Made by a program: the position numbers and the translations under genes. From NCBI GenBank assembly GCA_026023565.1, contig JAPETS010000059.1, forward strand, positions 1-64,000: 64,000 nucleotides of DNA, written 5' to 3'. Positions within the stretch are counted from its first letter, which is position 1, and every line of letters starts with the position of its first letter. Under the pieces are notes generated by a model, which was not told where the DNA came from, searched no databases, and saw nothing but the letters and a program-made list of their open reading frames with translations. Shown in pieces: positions 62,621-64,000 of the stretch. This stretch comes from Cirrosporium novae-zelandiae. Lineage: Eukaryota.

Positions 62621-64000
62621 AAGGGGCCTGACATGCGGCAGAGAGTAATATTATGGTGGGTCGAGGCGGATGAGGACATCGATGGTTGCTGCAATCATAA
62701 TGAGGTTACCACGGAAATAATCGCCTCTCAGGGTGGTACGGTCTTGTCTATCCCATTCCCTTTCCCATAACTACCTACTTACCTACCTACCTACCTACCT
62801 AGCCGGCTAAGGCAATGCGATATTCACACGCCTAATCCGCATCGATTGCATGGCTAGCTAAATGGACCAAAATGTTTTCACGACCAACACCCTATACATA
62901 TCCTCCTCATTGATTCCATACCCCAATTGTCCGACGACCCCGACCCCGACTCCGACTCCCACGCCCAAAAATCCCCAGCCCTTTTGGTAGTGGGAAGGGC
63001 AGAAGTGGGAGTTGGGGAAGTAAGGGGAGGAAAGCAGGGCTTTTTTTTATGGTTCATTTCAAAGATATCCTTAGATTATGATATGATATGAATATAAATA
63101 ATGTGATACCTACCTACCTCCTTTTATGCACAATTAGTACACACACATACAGATATATACATCTCTTTTAGCTTTTTGTTTGTTTGTTTCATTTAATGAC
63201 AGATAGACTGTTAGGTTAGGCAGACAGGTAGTAAGGCAGGCATCGACGGGGTCCACTTACTTTACTTTACTTATTTAGGTACCTAGGTAATTACTTGCTT
63301 TTGGTACTAGTAGGCGTTTTAATAGTAAACTATCAATAAAAATAAATAAATACAAAATGCCTATGTTATCTATTCTATCTCGACGGTTTAAGAAAGAACC
63401 CTCTCTCTCTCTTTCTTTTTCTTTTATTGTTGAAAAGTAAGAGTAAAATAAGGATAAACCACAGTACCTAGATAATTAATTAATTAACCTTGAGCCAAAT
63501 TATCTACTGAGTAAATGGAACAGAACGTTTGGGATATTTCGCATAACTTGCTTGGAGTGGATGGGATGGGATGGAATGAGATAAGATGGAATGAGATAAG
63601 ATGGAATGGGATATATAAACTGGCCCCTAACGGTGGATGTAATGTAAGAAGTTTGATCCCGGGAAAGAGAGAGGAGAGTAGAATAGAATTGGGAAATATG
63701 AGGGATGAACCAATTATGACTGGGGGTTCAAAGTCATGACTATAATTATAATCCCCGCACTACTGATGAATATGAATATGAATCTTTACTTTATCCTTTC
63801 CATGCTTTCCATGCTTTCCATCCATTCCTCCTTCTCCATACCTATACCCATGCCCATACCCATACAAAAAAACACTTCCCCCCTTCGTCCCTTCGTCCCT
63901 CCCTTTCTAGCTCCTTCGCTTTCGAACTTTATTCCCCTCTATAACCCATCCTGTATCCCAACCAAACACTACACCACATCTCACCCCTTACTCTAAGCAA

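Noticed and set aside
63515..63996. Short ORFs at the window end
   Set aside because: Made of simple repeats (GATGG, CCATGCTTT, AATATG); no coding evidence
1..64000. Intact transposons, CRISPR arrays, rRNA or secondary-metabolite backbone genes
   Set aside because: No transposase, reverse transcriptase, PKS/NRPS or rRNA sequence recognised; eukaryotic DNA with no repeat-spacer array

Overview
Left end of a filamentous ascomycete (Pezizomycotina-type) chromosome. It starts with a (CCCTAA)n telomere and about 1 kb of RIP-like subtelomeric DNA. A subtelomeric accessory/catabolic block follows: NmrA-like protein, intronless GC-rich secreted esterase, multi-exon membrane protein, tannase/feruloyl esterase, and a Zn2Cys6 regulator divergent from a sugar porter. 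From about 17 kb the genes are mostly conserved and intron-containing: RIB5, CoA-transferase III, MFS permease, atypical SDR, BRF1, acid sphingomyelinase-like, BUB2, AFI1/MesA, EF-hand protein, AhpD/CMD-like, Ap4A phosphorylase, ATRX-like SNF2, GSH2, tRNA-Tyr and a PTH11-like protein. Features not visible in the ORF track include a 3-exon small secreted Cys-rich beta/gamma-crystallin-like gene, a candidate spliced non-coding locus with a duplicated segment and a tRNA-like exon, a repeated CGG motif in the regulator/transporter promoter, an H/ACA-like structure, and enriched intergenic TAC-N4-GTA palindromes. All calls come from reading the sequence; no searches were run and exon boundaries are manual.
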